A stretch of 64,000 nt of DNA from Eledone cirrhosa. Lineage: Eukaryota. The stretch's first letter is position 1, and each line of letters starts with the position of its first letter. Positions 45,551-60,057 of the stretch are shown one piece after another. The position numbers and the translations under genes are program-made. Below the pieces are notes generated by a model. That model was not told where the DNA came from. It was given only the letters and a program-made list of their open reading frames with translations, and ran no database searches. The stretch spans positions 90,706,001 through 90,770,000 of the forward strand of contig OZ024742.1 of assembly GCA_964016885.1 (NCBI GenBank). Reading direction: 5' to 3'.

Positions 45551-45735
45551 ATATGGATGTATATATAATGTATTTTGCAATACACTTTATGCTTAATTAA
45601 AAGCATTTTGAAGACCGCATTTTATTGTTTTAGAGTAGTGACAAATTCACTTACTTTAATCTCAGCAAACAGGGGGAGATAAGCCGACAAGGCCTTGTTT
45701 CGCTTTTGTTGAAGCTTATCAAGGCTAACTACACC
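45550..45735 (-). repeat. Partial monomer of the 316-bp array family with U3-A8 hammerhead (45682-45726)
   Basis: Matches ~53612-53797. Minus strand AGCC-TTGATAA-GCTT CAACAA AAGC-GAAA-CAAGGCCTTG-TC-GGCT. Confidence 0.8.
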
Positions 45736-46935
45736 TCCTGAGAGACACATACAACACTTCATCCACCGTATGCAGTTCTCTGGCTACAATCAGAGAGATA
45801 AAATCAGAGTGTATAGAGGAGCCAGAATCAGATGGGAAAAAATGGTAAATAATGATATAAATGGGACCTGCCCCTTTGTATAGGAGCAAATTTTGGAATA
45901 GAATAGAAAGAACTAGGAACAAGGCTAATAGAATAAACTCATCGTATGATAGCAATATGATAACAATAAATACCAGAGTGGAATGTTCATCGATAAAACC
46001 CCTAGAGGTGAATTAGCTTACAAATTTGAAGGGCCCTAGATAAACATAAACTCAATATTAAGATAGTAGAAAGACCAGGTACCTCCGTAAAAACAATTAT
46101 TAGCAAGACATACCCTTTTCAAAGACCCTCATGTATAAATAAGAAACGTATAACCTGTAAAATAAGCCCCCATATTAACTGTAAAACTAGAAATGTAGTG
46201 TATAGCATAAGGTGTACTGAAGGACAATGTAGAGACAAAAATATTGTGTACATAGGTGAGACAGCTCGTAGTGTAGGGGAACGGATAAATGAACACTGGC
46301 GAGACCTTCAAGATACTAAAGAATCATCTGTACTCTACCAACATGCTAAAATAGAACACACGGGTAACTTAGAGAACATAGAAATAAAAATAGAATCTAC
46401 ACACAGAAAAGACGCAATGTTTAGACAAATCACAGAGGCAATAAACATAAAAGAATTACAACCAAAATTAAATAGAAAATATGAGTGGAACAGCAACATC
46501 ACAACTTACAATTAAGGACAAAATGAAAATACACACACACATAGAACAAACAACCAACCAGTAACCTGTAAATAAACAAATAAATAAATGAACATAAACA
46601 CACACAGACACCCGGATGTGGCGCATGCGCAGACTGAGCACACAACACACACACAGAAACAAAATAGCGTAGGACAGAACAAAGGAGAGGCACAAAAACA
46701 AAGAAAGGAATCCCCAGTCACTGAAGTGGTCACATAGTGTGTGACGAAAGAACTATGACAATATATAAACAACTATCTGGTTGTGGAACCAACCAACCAA
46801 ACAGAAATTTATAAATTTATAAATTTATAAATTTATAAATTTATAAATTTATTATAAATTTATTATAATAAATTGAAGTGAAAGCAACTGGTGCGTGTGT
46901 TTCTTATTGGCAACATGACCCTCCCAAAGTATAAC
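45736..46935 (+). mobile_element. Penelope-like element 3' fragment (GIY-YIG endonuclease + terminal region)
   Basis: VVYSIRC..C...VYIGETARSVGERINEH...RQITEAINIK...KLN (46198-46515); degenerate hammerhead at 46717-46759; 46535-46630 has an inverted copy at 39428-39530. Confidence 0.85.
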
Positions 46936-47122
46936 AATATTTATATATATATATATTATATATATATATTATATATATATTATATATATATATATATATT
47001 ATATATGTATATATATATATATTATATGTATATAAATTATATATATATATATATATCACATATATATATATATATATTATATGTATATATATTATATATA
47101 TATATTATATATATATATATAT

Positions 47123-47162
<40 letters not shown>

Positions 47163-47289
47163 GTATCATATATATAATATATATTATATATATATATATC
47201 ATATAAATCTATATATTATATATATATTATATATATATATATATTATATATTTTATATATATATATATCATATATATATATATATATAT

Positions 47290-47321
<32 letters not shown>

Positions 47322-47829
47322 CATATATATGTATATATATATTTTATATATATTATATATATATATATATCATATACATTATATATATATATATCTTATA
47401 TATATATATTATATATATATATATCATATATATATTATATATATACTATATATATATATAATATATATATATATATCATATATATATATATATATATAAT
47501 ATTTATATATATTATATATATATATATCATATATATATTATATATATACTATATATATATATAATATATATATATATCATATATATATATATATATATAA
47601 TATTTATATATATATATAATATATATATTATATATATATTATATATATACTATATATATATATATATAATATATATATATATATCATATATATATATATA
47701 TATGTCATATATATATATATATAATATATATATATATATATAATATATATATTATATATATATATATATAATATATATATATATATATTTATTATGTATA
47801 TATATATAATATATATATATAATATATAT

Positions 47830-48137
47830 ATAGTAATAATAATAAAATTGAAGACTAAAATCCAAAGAGGGCTCGATAAGGGTAAATATATATCAAATAT
47901 ATAAGAACCGTAGAGCAAATATTTATTAAATAACAGATTAAAGTTTAAGCAAAGAATCGCTGCTTTCACCCTTAACGGGATCTTCTGAAACTAACAAAGT
48001 CAATCTGTAAACGCAGAACTGGATATTTCAAAAAACGTTGCAACCAGAGGAAGACAGGAAGACGATACTTTGGTTCGTGGAAACTAGTGTGAAAGCAGCG
48101 ATTCTTTGCTTAAACTTTAATCTGTTATTTAATAAAA
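47830..48137 (-). repeat. Dispersed repeat family (also ~51160-51365, 52010-52500, 53190-53550) with local fold-backs
   Basis: Shared CCTTATCGAGCCCTCTTTGGATTTTAGTCTTCA and GTGAAAGCAGCGATTCTTTGCTTAAACTTTAAT segments; hammerhead-like CAGAAGA-TCCC..GGGT-GAAA. Confidence 0.75.
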
Positions 48138-48209
48138 ATTAATATATATGTATATTATGTATATATATATAATATATATATATATATCTAATATATATAT
48201 ATATATATA

Positions 48210-48934
48210 TAGTATTAGTTATACTATTTATGGTTATGTAAACACAAAACCTTAAGCAGTTGTAAGTATTTTACACACACCCTAAATAGTGGTAGGCAGT
48301 AATGTATTACTACCTTATTACCAGTAAGTTAAGTAGCTCAATGTAAAAACATCAGATGATTTACAGAGCAGTTATATGAAATATAAGAATCAAAGAACTG
48401 TTCAAAACATTATTGTGCTTACAGCTGTTTCCTCCAAACCGAGGTTTGGATTCTTTGGAGCAATTTATTAATGCATGGACAGTTATATGACCTCCTTTTC
48501 AGCCGAGAGGCATACCAATACGTATTCAAACATTGATACATATTCAACATTGTGGGTCAACATTCATTACAGAATTTAGAGCGGCAGTATATAAACAAGA
48601 CGCACATGCGTGCCACACATATAACATTTGCACTATATAACCACTTATCTTCATGTTGTACTTTAACCTATATCTTTGATTTTTGATTGTACCTATTAAT
48701 ATAAATGTAATCTCGAAGTGTGTACTGCCACTCTAAATTCTGTAATGAATGTTGACCCACAATGTTGAATATGTATCAATGTTTGAATATGTATTGGTAT
48801 GCCTCTCGGCTGAAAAGGAGGTCATATAACTGTCCATGCATTAATAAATTGCTCCGAAGAATCCAAACCTCGGTTTGGAGGAAACAGCTGTAAGCACAAT
48901 AATGTTTTGAACAGTTCTTTGATTCTTATATTTC

Positions 48935-48940
<6 letters not shown>
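48210..48940. mobile_element. Penelope-terminal-like cassette with ~215 bp inverted arms (48374-48589 / 48723-48938)
   Basis: Near-perfect inverted repeat; + arm has TGCT-CCGAAGA-A-TCCAAACC TC GGTTTGGA-G-GAAA-CAGCTG-TA-AGCA (48850-48896). Confidence 0.78.
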
Positions 48941-48966
<26 letters not shown>

Positions 48967-49012
48967 AAAACAAATAACGAAACGAAATTAAATTTCGTTT
49001 CGTTTTAACTTA

Positions 49013-50656
<1,644 letters not shown>

Positions 50657-50870
50657 GTGAAGGCGTGTAGCTGACTGGTTAGAGAATTGGATTCGCAATC
50701 GTAAGGTTGTGATTTCGATTCCTGGACCAGGTGTTACGTTATGTCCTTGAGCAAGACACTTTATTTCACGTTGCTCCTTCTACCTGGAGTTGTGACCGAT
50801 AGATAGTATTAGCAATTGGAAATACTAACGGAAACATTTTCCCTCGGTCCGATTTGACGAAAGTCGATCG
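50657..50870 (+). mobile_element. tRNA-derived SINE (family B)
   Basis: GTAGCTGACTGG A-box-like, TTCGATTCC B-box-like, then GTCCTTGAGCAAGACACTT central domain. Confidence 0.65.
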
Positions 50871-51116
50871 TTCCAGATATATATCTATATATATATTTAT
50901 ATATATTATATATCATATATATATATATATATATCATATATATATCATATATATATATATATTATACATATATATATATTTTATATATATATATATATAT
51001 TATATCATATATATATATATCATATATATATTATACATATATATTTTATATATATATATCATATATATATATATATATCATATATATATATATATATCAT
51101 ATATATATATATATAT

Positions 51117-51153
<37 letters not shown>

Positions 51154-51367
51154 ATATAATATTTATTAAAATAACAGATTAAAGTTTAAGCAAAGAATCG
51201 CTACTTCAAAAGATCCCGTTAAGCGTGAAAGCAGCGAATCTTTGCTTAAACTTTAATCTGTTATTTTAATAGATATTTGCTCTAGGGTTCTTATATATTT
51301 GATATATATTAATCCTTATCGAGCCCTCTTTGGATTTTAGTCTTCACGTTTATTATTATTACTATAT

Positions 51368-51443
<76 letters not shown>

Positions 51444-51562
51444 ATTATACAAGGGGTGAAACATCGGAATCCGTAGGTAAATCCTTATGTGGTCCGAGTG
51501 TCATCCGAGGTAAGAGTATATATATATGTATGTCTAATATATTTTTTTATTCTAATTTCAAG

Positions 51563-51685
51563 GAGCTTGGAGTGTGGAGCGTAGATTATATACCCCGAGG
51601 GACGAGGTTTGGACCATTGATCGGAGACAATGTTGGTGGTAGTGAATATGTCTACGATATCAGAGATCTGAAGAAAACATGGCGG
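51563..51685 (+). CDS. PRDM1: Next exon of PRDM1/Blimp-1-like gene (PR/SET domain)
   Basis: T-rich tract + AG at 51561-51562 and GTGAGT donor at 51686; 123 bp, phase 0/0. [21 protein letters not shown]...KKTWR matches Blimp-1 [21 protein letters not shown]...KYFWR and continues in frame from the 9234-9409 exon. Confidence 0.9.
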
Positions 51686-52661
51686 GTGAGTTGCACACCA
51701 AAGAAACTAAATACACAAAAGTATATTTAAAAATACATAATACGATAAAAACTCGCGCACATGCACAGATTTGTGTATTTACATATAGGTATGTGTGTGC
51801 GCTTGTTATATACGTATTTATTTATTTATATACGTTTATTTAATTATTTGTATACATGCACACACACACACACATTTTTATATGTGCGTGTATTTGTATA
51901 CCAATGGCGAGTCTTTTCGCGTATGCTTGTGTATGTACGTATTTCGATGCTTGTATGTATTTATTTAATTTCAATTATCTCTGTATTTTTTTACTTTATT
52001 CTTACCTCTGAAGCGGAGAATCATTCGGTTTCCTAGTTTGAATTTTAGTCTACGACTTCAGTTATCCCATTTATGTGGTTTTGTCTTTGCGTGCAATTGT
52101 TCTCCACGCTCCACATATGACGTATTATATTCGTTTTTTTCCGTTCATTGCCAGAGAACATCTCTATGAACGACCTAAGAGAATATTAGTCTACGACTTC
52201 TTTTATACCATAAACGTGGTTCTGTCTTCGCGTGTAATTGTTTTTCACCGCTCCAATTAATGACGTATTATATTCGTTTTTTCCCGATCTTTGCCAGGGA
52301 ACGTTTCCACGAAGAAAAGTATCGTCTTCCTGTCTTCCTCCGGTTGCAACGTTTTTTGAAATATTCACTTCTGCGTTTACAGATTGACTTTAATCTGTTA
52401 TTTAATAAATATTTGCTCTACGGTTCTTATATATTTGATATATATTTATCCTTATCGAGCCCTCTTTGGATTTTAGTCTTCAAATTTATTATTATTACTA
52501 TATATATATATATATATATATATATTAGTTTTGCGAGGTTTTTTATATGAAATCGTGTGTCGAAACAAATACTGTTATACTTGGGTATAACAATATTCGT
52601 TAGTGTGTGTGTTCTGTTATTAACTCTGGCAATATTACACAAATATGACCCTCCCCAAGTA

Positions 52662-52754
<93 letters not shown>

Positions 52755-53541
52755 TCCTATTCTTTTATTTAACCTGTTTAGCTTGCTATGTTTTTTCGGC
52801 TCCGGTGGCTACGATGACAGCCGTTTTCAGATTATTTGGCCTCTACAACGTATGTTAATTGCTCTGGTCTTCTTTTAGTCCATTGAGCGCTTCCCGCAAA
52901 TCTGGAAAATCGCGTTTCGCTTTGTATTTGACCACAGCCGAAATGCGATCTCGCTGAAATTATATATATATATATGTGTGTGTGTACGTGCATGAATGGC
53001 GTGTGTTTTCGCGTATGCACGTGTATGTACGTATATAGATGTGTGTATAAATATAATTAATTAAAATAAAGTACCAGTAATACACTGGGTATTTGCTGGC
53101 CTTGTGCCAAAAGTAGAAACAATTATTACTTTTATGATTTTAATAACCACTGTCATTTTAGTTCAACTAATTTATTTACATTATTCGTAACTCCGAAGCC
53201 GAGAATCACTCGGTTTCCTAAATAGAATATTAGTCTAATGACACCATTTATACCATAAACGTGGTTTTGTCTTTGCGTGTAATTGTTCTCATTGCCAGGG
53301 AACGTCTTCACGAACCAAAGTATCGTCTTCTTGTTTTCCTTTTGTTGCGACGTTTTTCAAAATATTTACTTCTGCGTTCACAGATTGATTTTTTTTTTGT
53401 TTCAGAAGATCCCCTTAAGGGTGAAAGCAGCGATTCTTTGCTTAAACTTTAATGTAATTTTAATAAATCTTTGCTCTAGAGGTCTTATATATTTGATGTG
53501 TATTTATCCTTATCGAGCCCTCTTTGGATTTTAGTCTCCAC

Positions 53542-53575
<34 letters not shown>

Positions 53576-53577
<2 letters not shown>

Positions 53578-54717
53578 AAATTAGAATTGGAGCTCTGAAA
53601 TAGCAATATATATATGGATGTATATATAATGTATTTTGCAATACACTTTATGCTTAATTAAAAGCATTTTGAAGACCGTAAGCTATTGTTTTAAAGTAGT
53701 GACAAATTCACTCACTTTGATCTCAGCAAACAGGGGAGATAAGCCGACAAGACTTGTTTCGCTTTGGTTGAAGCTTATCAAGGCCAACTACCCCACCTGT
53801 TTGCTGAGATCATTGATGTTATATTCTTATAGAAATCTAGTAAATAATCAGGAGCTGATTATGCAGAGCGGTTGTTGGTCAGGCAGAAATTAAAAATTAG
53901 AATTGGAGCTCTGAAATAGCAATATATATATGGATGTATATATAATGTATTTTGCAATACACTTTATGCTTAATTAAAAGCATTTTGAAGACCGTAAGCT
54001 ATTGTTTTAAAGTAGTGACAAATTCATTCACTTTGATCTCGGCAAACAGGGGAGATAAGCCGACAAGACTTGTTTCGCTTTGGTTGAAGCTTATCAAGGC
54101 CAACTACCCCACCTGTTTGCTGAGATCATTGATGTTATATTCTTATAGAAATCTAGTAAATAATCAGGAGCTGATTATGCAGAGCGGTTGTTGGTCAGGC
54201 AGAAATTAAAAATTAGAATTGGAGCTCTGAAATAGCAATATATATATGGATGTATATATAATGTATTTTGCAATACACTTTATGCTTAATTAAAAGCATT
54301 TTGATGACCGTAAGCTATTGTTTTAAAGTAGTGACAAATTCACTCATTTTGGTCTCAGCAAACAGGGGAGATAAGCCGACAAGACTTGTTTCGCTTTGGT
54401 TGAAGCTTATCAAGGCCAACTACCCCACCTGTTTGCTGAGATCATTGATGTTATATTCTTATAGAAATCTAGTAAATAATCATGAGCTGATTATGCGGAG
54501 CGGTTGTTGGTCATGCAGAAATTAAAAATTAGAATTGGAGCTCTTAAATAGCAATATATATATGGATGTATATATAATGTATTTTGCAATACACTTTATG
54601 CTTAATTAAAAGCATTTTGAAGACCGTAAGCTATTGTTTTAAAGTAGTGACAAATTCACTCACTTTGATCTCAGCAAATAGGGGAGATAAGCCGACAAGA
54701 CTTGTTTCGCTTTGGTT
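53576..54717 (-). mobile_element. 316-bp tandem array (~3.6 units), hammerhead in each unit; retrozyme-like
   Basis: Units start at 53576, 53892, 54208 and 54524 with few substitutions; flanked by (ATT)n; hammerheads at 53742-53785, 54058-54101 and 54374-54417. Confidence 0.88.
53742..53785 (-). ncRNA. Hammerhead ribozyme, U3-A8 core variant
   Basis: GGCC-TTGATAA-GCTT CAACCA AAGC-GAAA-CAA GTC TTG-TC-GGCT; extended stem GATCTCAGCAAACAGG / CCTGTTTGCTGAGATC. Confidence 0.75.
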
Positions 54718-54734
54718 ATTATTATTATTCTTAT

Positions 54735-54920
54735 GGGCGGTGGATTGGCAGTATCGGTAGAGGGTCGGACACCATGCTTTCCAGCATAGTTACGTCCCTT
54801 TACGATCTGAGTTCAAATCCCGCCGAGGTTGACTTTGCCTTTCATCCTTACGGGGTCGATAAAATAAAGTACCAGTAATGCACTGGGTAATTACTGGCCT
54901 TGTGCCTAAAGTAGAAACAA
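54735..54920 (+). mobile_element. SINE family A
   Basis: Complete copy with A/B boxes and (ATT)n tail. Confidence 0.9.
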
Positions 54921-54937
54921 TTATTATTATTATTATT

Positions 54938-57900
54938 GTTCTTTGAGTCTCAGTCATTGATGTTAGTTAACTGGAAAGTTCGTGAAATGAATATCAAGCC
55001 ACTACCTGCAGCCTCAGATATTCAGGACGTATCGGAGGGTTCTTGCTGTTCCCAGCATGCATGCCTTTTGAAGTGTTCCGAAAAGCGGGGCGGGGCTAAT
55101 TTTCTTTAACCATCCTTGGAAACTCTTTGAGATAGTACCTAGTGCGCCTATGACAATCGGGACCACTTTGACTTCATGGCATTTCCAAATCCTTTTTACC
55201 TCCCACTTTAAGTCCTGGTATCGGTTAATTTTCTCCCTCTCCTTCTCTTGCACTCTTGTGTCGAATGGGCAGGCTACATCCACAATCAGGCACAATCTTT
55301 TTTCCTTGTCCAAAACCACGAGGTCAGGTCTATTGTGTTCCAGTTTCTTGTCCGTCTGTATCCTAAAACCCACAGCACCTTCACCTGATCGTTTTCTATC
55401 ACCGACTCTGGCTTATGCTCATACCACTTCTCAGAATGTGGTAAATTGTTTACTTTGCATAGGTGCCTGTGGATCACCCTGCCCATCACATCATGTCTCC
55501 AGCCTTTATTGTGAGTCTGGGCTAGGTGTTTACACTCGGATACAATGTGAGCCACAGTCTCCTCTCTCTCTCCACAGATCCTACACAGTGGGCTAGCCTC
55601 CTCCTTGTAAATATGGTGTTTCAGCCACTTCGTTTTGAGGGCCTGCTCTTGCGCAGCCATTAGGATTCCTTCTGTAGCCTTTTTAAGGTCTCCTCTTTTC
55701 AGCAGTTCCATGTCTGTGGATCTCTGAATTCAGTTTTCTCAAAGAAGGTACTATGAAGGGATTTTTCATGAAGGGTGCTCTTTCGTCGTGTTGTTATTTC
55801 CTCCTTGGACATCCCCAGGTCTATTGTCCTCTCCTTCAGTACAATTCTGAGCATTGGCTCCTTACTATCAGTCACGTATTTGTGTAGGTTGTTTTTCTCC
55901 ATCTGAACACAGTCCTCTATGCTGATAAGACCTCTTCCACCCTCAGATCTCCTTAAGTAGAGTCTATCGACATCACTCCTCTTGTGGAACATATTGTAGA
56001 TAGTCAATAGCTTCCTAGTCTTCCTATCCATTTCCTTTTGTTCAGCAACATTCCATCTCAGAATTCCCGCACTGTACCTAATAATAAACACAGCTCGGGA
56101 ATTTACTGCACTTATGGCATTCCAACTTGTTCAGATGTGATTTTAATACGCTCCTTCCTCTCCGAATGTATTTAGATCTTATCAATTCCTTCATTTTTTG
56201 CTTCTTGGTGTCATCAGCCTTCAGAACACCTCAATATTTGTATCCTTCTTCAGTGTCAATTTCCTTTATCATCTCACCTGTTGGTACCTGGATTCCGTTG
56301 CTTCTGCTCAATTTACCCCTCTTCATCAAAAGGACTCCACAATTACTAATACCCAATTGCATACATATATCATTGCTGAAAATACGAACAGTGTCAACAA
56401 GCACATCCAACTCCTTCTCACACTTCCCGTAGAGCTTAAGATCGTCCATGAAGAGGGGGTGATTGATGGTAAGCTCTCCCTTTCCCAACTTGTATCCTGC
56501 TCTCACTTTTCGCAGTATAATGGTCAGGGGCATCAAGGCAAGGACAAACAACAGAGGGGACAGACTATCTCCCTGGAAGATACCTCTCTTGATCTTCACG
56601 CTTCCCAAGGATTCTCCAGCCGATGTTAACTCTGTTTTCCAGGACTTCATACTTTTGCTCAACAACTGTCTGATGTTATCTGCCACCCTGAAGATCTCTA
56701 GGCTTTTGGTGATCCAAGAATGAGGCACCATGTCAAATGCCTTTCTGTAGTCTATCCATTCCATGGCAAGACCACTGTGTCTCCTCTTGCAATTCCTCAT
56801 TACCATCTTATCAATAAGTAACTGGTCCTTTGTACCACGGGACTTCTTTCGGCATCCTTTCTGTTCGTCCGGTAACAAGTTATTTGTGTGGAGGTGATGG
56901 TAAATTTCCTCAGACACAATGCTTATTAACAGTTTCCACATTACGGATAGACATGTGATAGGTCTATAGTTGGTAACATCATTACCCTTGATTCGGTCTT
57001 TCATTACCAGAACTGTGGTACCTTTTGTCAACCACTCTGGTACCTCACCTGACATCAAGCAGTCATTGAACATGGTTGTCAGTTTCGGGTGGAGGGATGT
57101 TATATTTTTAATCCAATACCCCTGCACACCATCTGGGCCTGGTGATTTCCAGTTGGTTAGTTTTTTGGCCTGCCCCTTAAGAGTTTCAACTGTGATACTC
57201 AAATCAGTTTGTTGGTGTGCCTGTTTACTAATCTACTTTTGTACTGTCTCAATCCACACTGCCTGGTCATTATGTTTAACATCCTACTCCCATATTCCTC
57301 TCCAGGATGTCTTAGTTCGTTCCGCCTCAGGGATCAAGTCGGTGCCTCTTTCTTTCCCTTCAAGCTGTCCAAACAACATCTGGTTGTTGTCAAACATGCG
57401 GTTCTGTCTATACTGACTGACTCTGCTATCGTATCGCCTAATCTTTGCGCTCTTTTCTACAATGCGTTGCTTCAGTTCCTCTATGATAATATTTAGCTTT
57501 TTCCTCCTAGTTTTGTACTTTATTTCCAGTCTATTTTTAGTGTCTATGTTTTGTAGTGTTCCATTCAGTAGGGACTCAAGCTTTCCAATGTCATTTCTCA
57601 TTTCCCTGATTTGACCATTCAGTCGTTTCTCCCACCAAGGTTCTGATCTTTCTTGTTTGTTGTTTCCTCTCGCTTTTATGCCAAGTAATTTCCTCACTGC
57701 ATTTGCTGTTGCTTTGAGGATACTGTTGCACTGGTGAAGGTTCCTCGCCTCAAGGTATGGAATGACTTTGTTTACCTTAGCTTGTTGTTTCTTTTAACTT
57801 TATCCTGTCTACAAATCTTAGGTTCATAGGTTTTCCACTATCATTGTTTATTTCATCTACCACTAAGTTTAGGATATCAACCAAATCTTGTAATAGCCCG

Positions 57901-58172
57901 TCAGCATTAATTTCCTCAATGGCCGTATCTTTGTTCCAGCTATTATTTATTTCAGCATTCAGATCATTGTCTGCTTCGAATGCTTTCTCCGTTCTCTCAA
58001 CCTCTTCTCCACCTTCATCTCCCACTGGCTCGTTTTCCTGGCATACTCCACTCTCCATTTCCAATCTAATCTCTCTGCCGAGTTCCTCCAGTTCCAGCTC
58101 GCTTATCCACCCATTAGTTCTTATTACCCGAGCCTGCCCGGCCAATTTTTGTTCATCTAATTTAAATAGACC
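54938..58172 (-). mobile_element. R4/Dong-like non-LTR retrotransposon (RT + CCHC + REL endonuclease), 5'-truncated and frameshifted
   Basis: NWKSPGPDGVQGYWIK, NYRPITCL, GIFQGDSLSPLLF, LFMDDLKLY, CRICGEREETVAHIVSEC, HNRPDLVV..DVACPFD..KYQDL-like; both ends abut (TAA)n. Confidence 0.92.
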
Positions 58173-58173
58173 A

Positions 58174-58235
<62 letters not shown>

Positions 58236-58236
<1 letters not shown>

Positions 58237-58662
58237 GTTGCATTTATCTTGCTTTATGTTCATACGAGTTATCACCAAGTCACAACCAGTGACCTCAAGA
58301 GACAACAATGTCCGCCATGTTCAAGAAAGAACATACATACACACACATGAATCTTTAGGTGTTTAGACTTGTGATGTACTTATATTGACATAATCTTCCT
58401 TAGTATATGGGCAGTTCCCATTAGTACTATCTTTTGTATTTCTCCTATACGCGGATTTCCTGGGATTTGCGATAAGTAATCATTAGACCCCTTAGGTAAT
58501 ATTCCTAGAGCGCCTACAACCACTGGTATTGTTTTAGTTCTCAATTTCCACATTTTTCCAATTTCTATCTCCAGGTCCTTATACTTGCTCAATTTTTCAA
58601 ATGTTTTTATAGATACATTCTTGTCTATTGGAACGGACATATCAATTAGTAGGCATACCCTC

Positions 58663-58668
<6 letters not shown>
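58236..58668 (-). mobile_element. Second R4/Dong-like family, 3' fragment (REL domain)
   Basis: LIDMSVP..EKLSKYKDLEIEI.KMW....IPVVVGALG...GTAHILRK; bounded by (ATT)n on both sides. Confidence 0.82.
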
Positions 58669-58700
<32 letters not shown>

Positions 58701-58717
58701 AACATGTTATAAACATG

Positions 58718-58767
<50 letters not shown>

Positions 58768-58854
58768 AAAGATTAATATGATTCATTGATTACTCAATGA
58801 ATATAGATTTACAATAGATTAAATGTACTCTACAAGGAAGTTTTCTGGAGTTAT

Positions 58855-59320
58855 TAATATTATTCAGAATATTAATAAATGAAGACATTCACATAATCAA
58901 AATATATGTTTTATTATATATATTTCGAAGGTACTGTGCTGTTTTTTCAGTACCTCCTCGTCAGATAAAATACATGAATCGATGTATGACATACCTCAAC
59001 GGTATTAATATTCTGAATAATATATATATATATATATTATTCAGAATATTAATAAATGAAGACATTCACATAATCAAAATATATGTTTTATTATATATAT
59101 TTCGAAGGTAGTGTGCTGTTTTCTCTGTACGTCCTCGTCAGATAAAATATATGAATTGATGTATGACATACCTCAACGGTCTTGATGGTTCAATTCCAGT
59201 ATTGCCAATACTGAACGAGGACGTACTGAAAAAACAGCACAGTACCTTCGATATATATATATTAAAACATATATTTTGATTATGGGAATGTCTTCATTTA
59301 TTAATATTCTGAATAATATA
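58855..59320. repeat. 177-bp tandem pair plus inverted third copy, hammerhead-bearing
   Basis: 58864 = 59041 offset; 59215-59320 inverted. Minus strand TTTTAT-CTGACGA-GGAGGTACTG..CAGTACCTTC-GAAA-TATATA-TA-ATAAAA at 58909-58970 and 59086-59147. Confidence 0.78.
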
Positions 59321-59770
59321 TATATATATCTATATTTATATATGATAAACAATGAGTTATAGATTTTGTTGATAAGTATTCAACAGAGTTATGTTCAGAA
59401 CAGAGTTCTATTGTATGGGTATGTCACATTTTTATACATCAAATATTGTATTTTGTCTGATGAGGGCATACTATTAATAGTTAAAGTTTTCAACTCATTA
59501 TCGTAAGGTAATAGTTTCGATAACAGTGGTACATTGTGTCCTTGATTGAAGTATTTTATTTCATGTTGCTCATGTTCACTCAACTGGGAAAATTAGTTGT
59601 AGTTGTAATTCAAAGAAGTATGTAACCTGAGTACAAGCTACAAACGATCAATGTGATTTATGTATTCGATCACAAAAATAATATAGTAAACGTTATGAAA
59701 GAGTTGCTACCATAGACCATAAAAGTACAACACTGATTCGAATGCGAACCATTTACCACATGGTGTAAGC

Positions 59771-60057
59771 CAGTCATGGGCAAACTGCGGCCCGCGAAGC
59801 TTTCTGAATGGCTCGCCTCAGTCTCTTAAGTGAAATCTTTCTGATTCTTTTACCCAACTTTTCAATCGTAATTTATCTTTCTATCATTTTTACGATCGAG
59901 GAAACAACCTGTACGAATTCTGAAGAAACAAATCAAAACAACCTGAGTTACTGCCCTTTTTTAATGTGTGCACGAATGTAAATTAGCGCTTGCGGCCCGC
60001 CTGATGATGAGCCATATCTCATGCGGCCCGCTTCTCGAAAAAGGTTGCCCATGACTG
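59771..60057. mobile_element. hAT-superfamily MITE
   Basis: TIRs CAGTCATGGGCAA / TTGCCCATGACTG; perfect 8-bp TSD GTGTAAGC (59763-59770, 60058-60065); subterminal GCGGCCCG motifs. Confidence 0.92.

Noticed and set aside
53636-54525. Three near-identical 85-aa ORFs or a CRISPR-like array
   Set aside because: These are whole-unit 316-bp tandem repeats with no unique spacers, no cas genes, a TTG start and a eukaryotic context; the functional signal is an RNA motif on the other strand.
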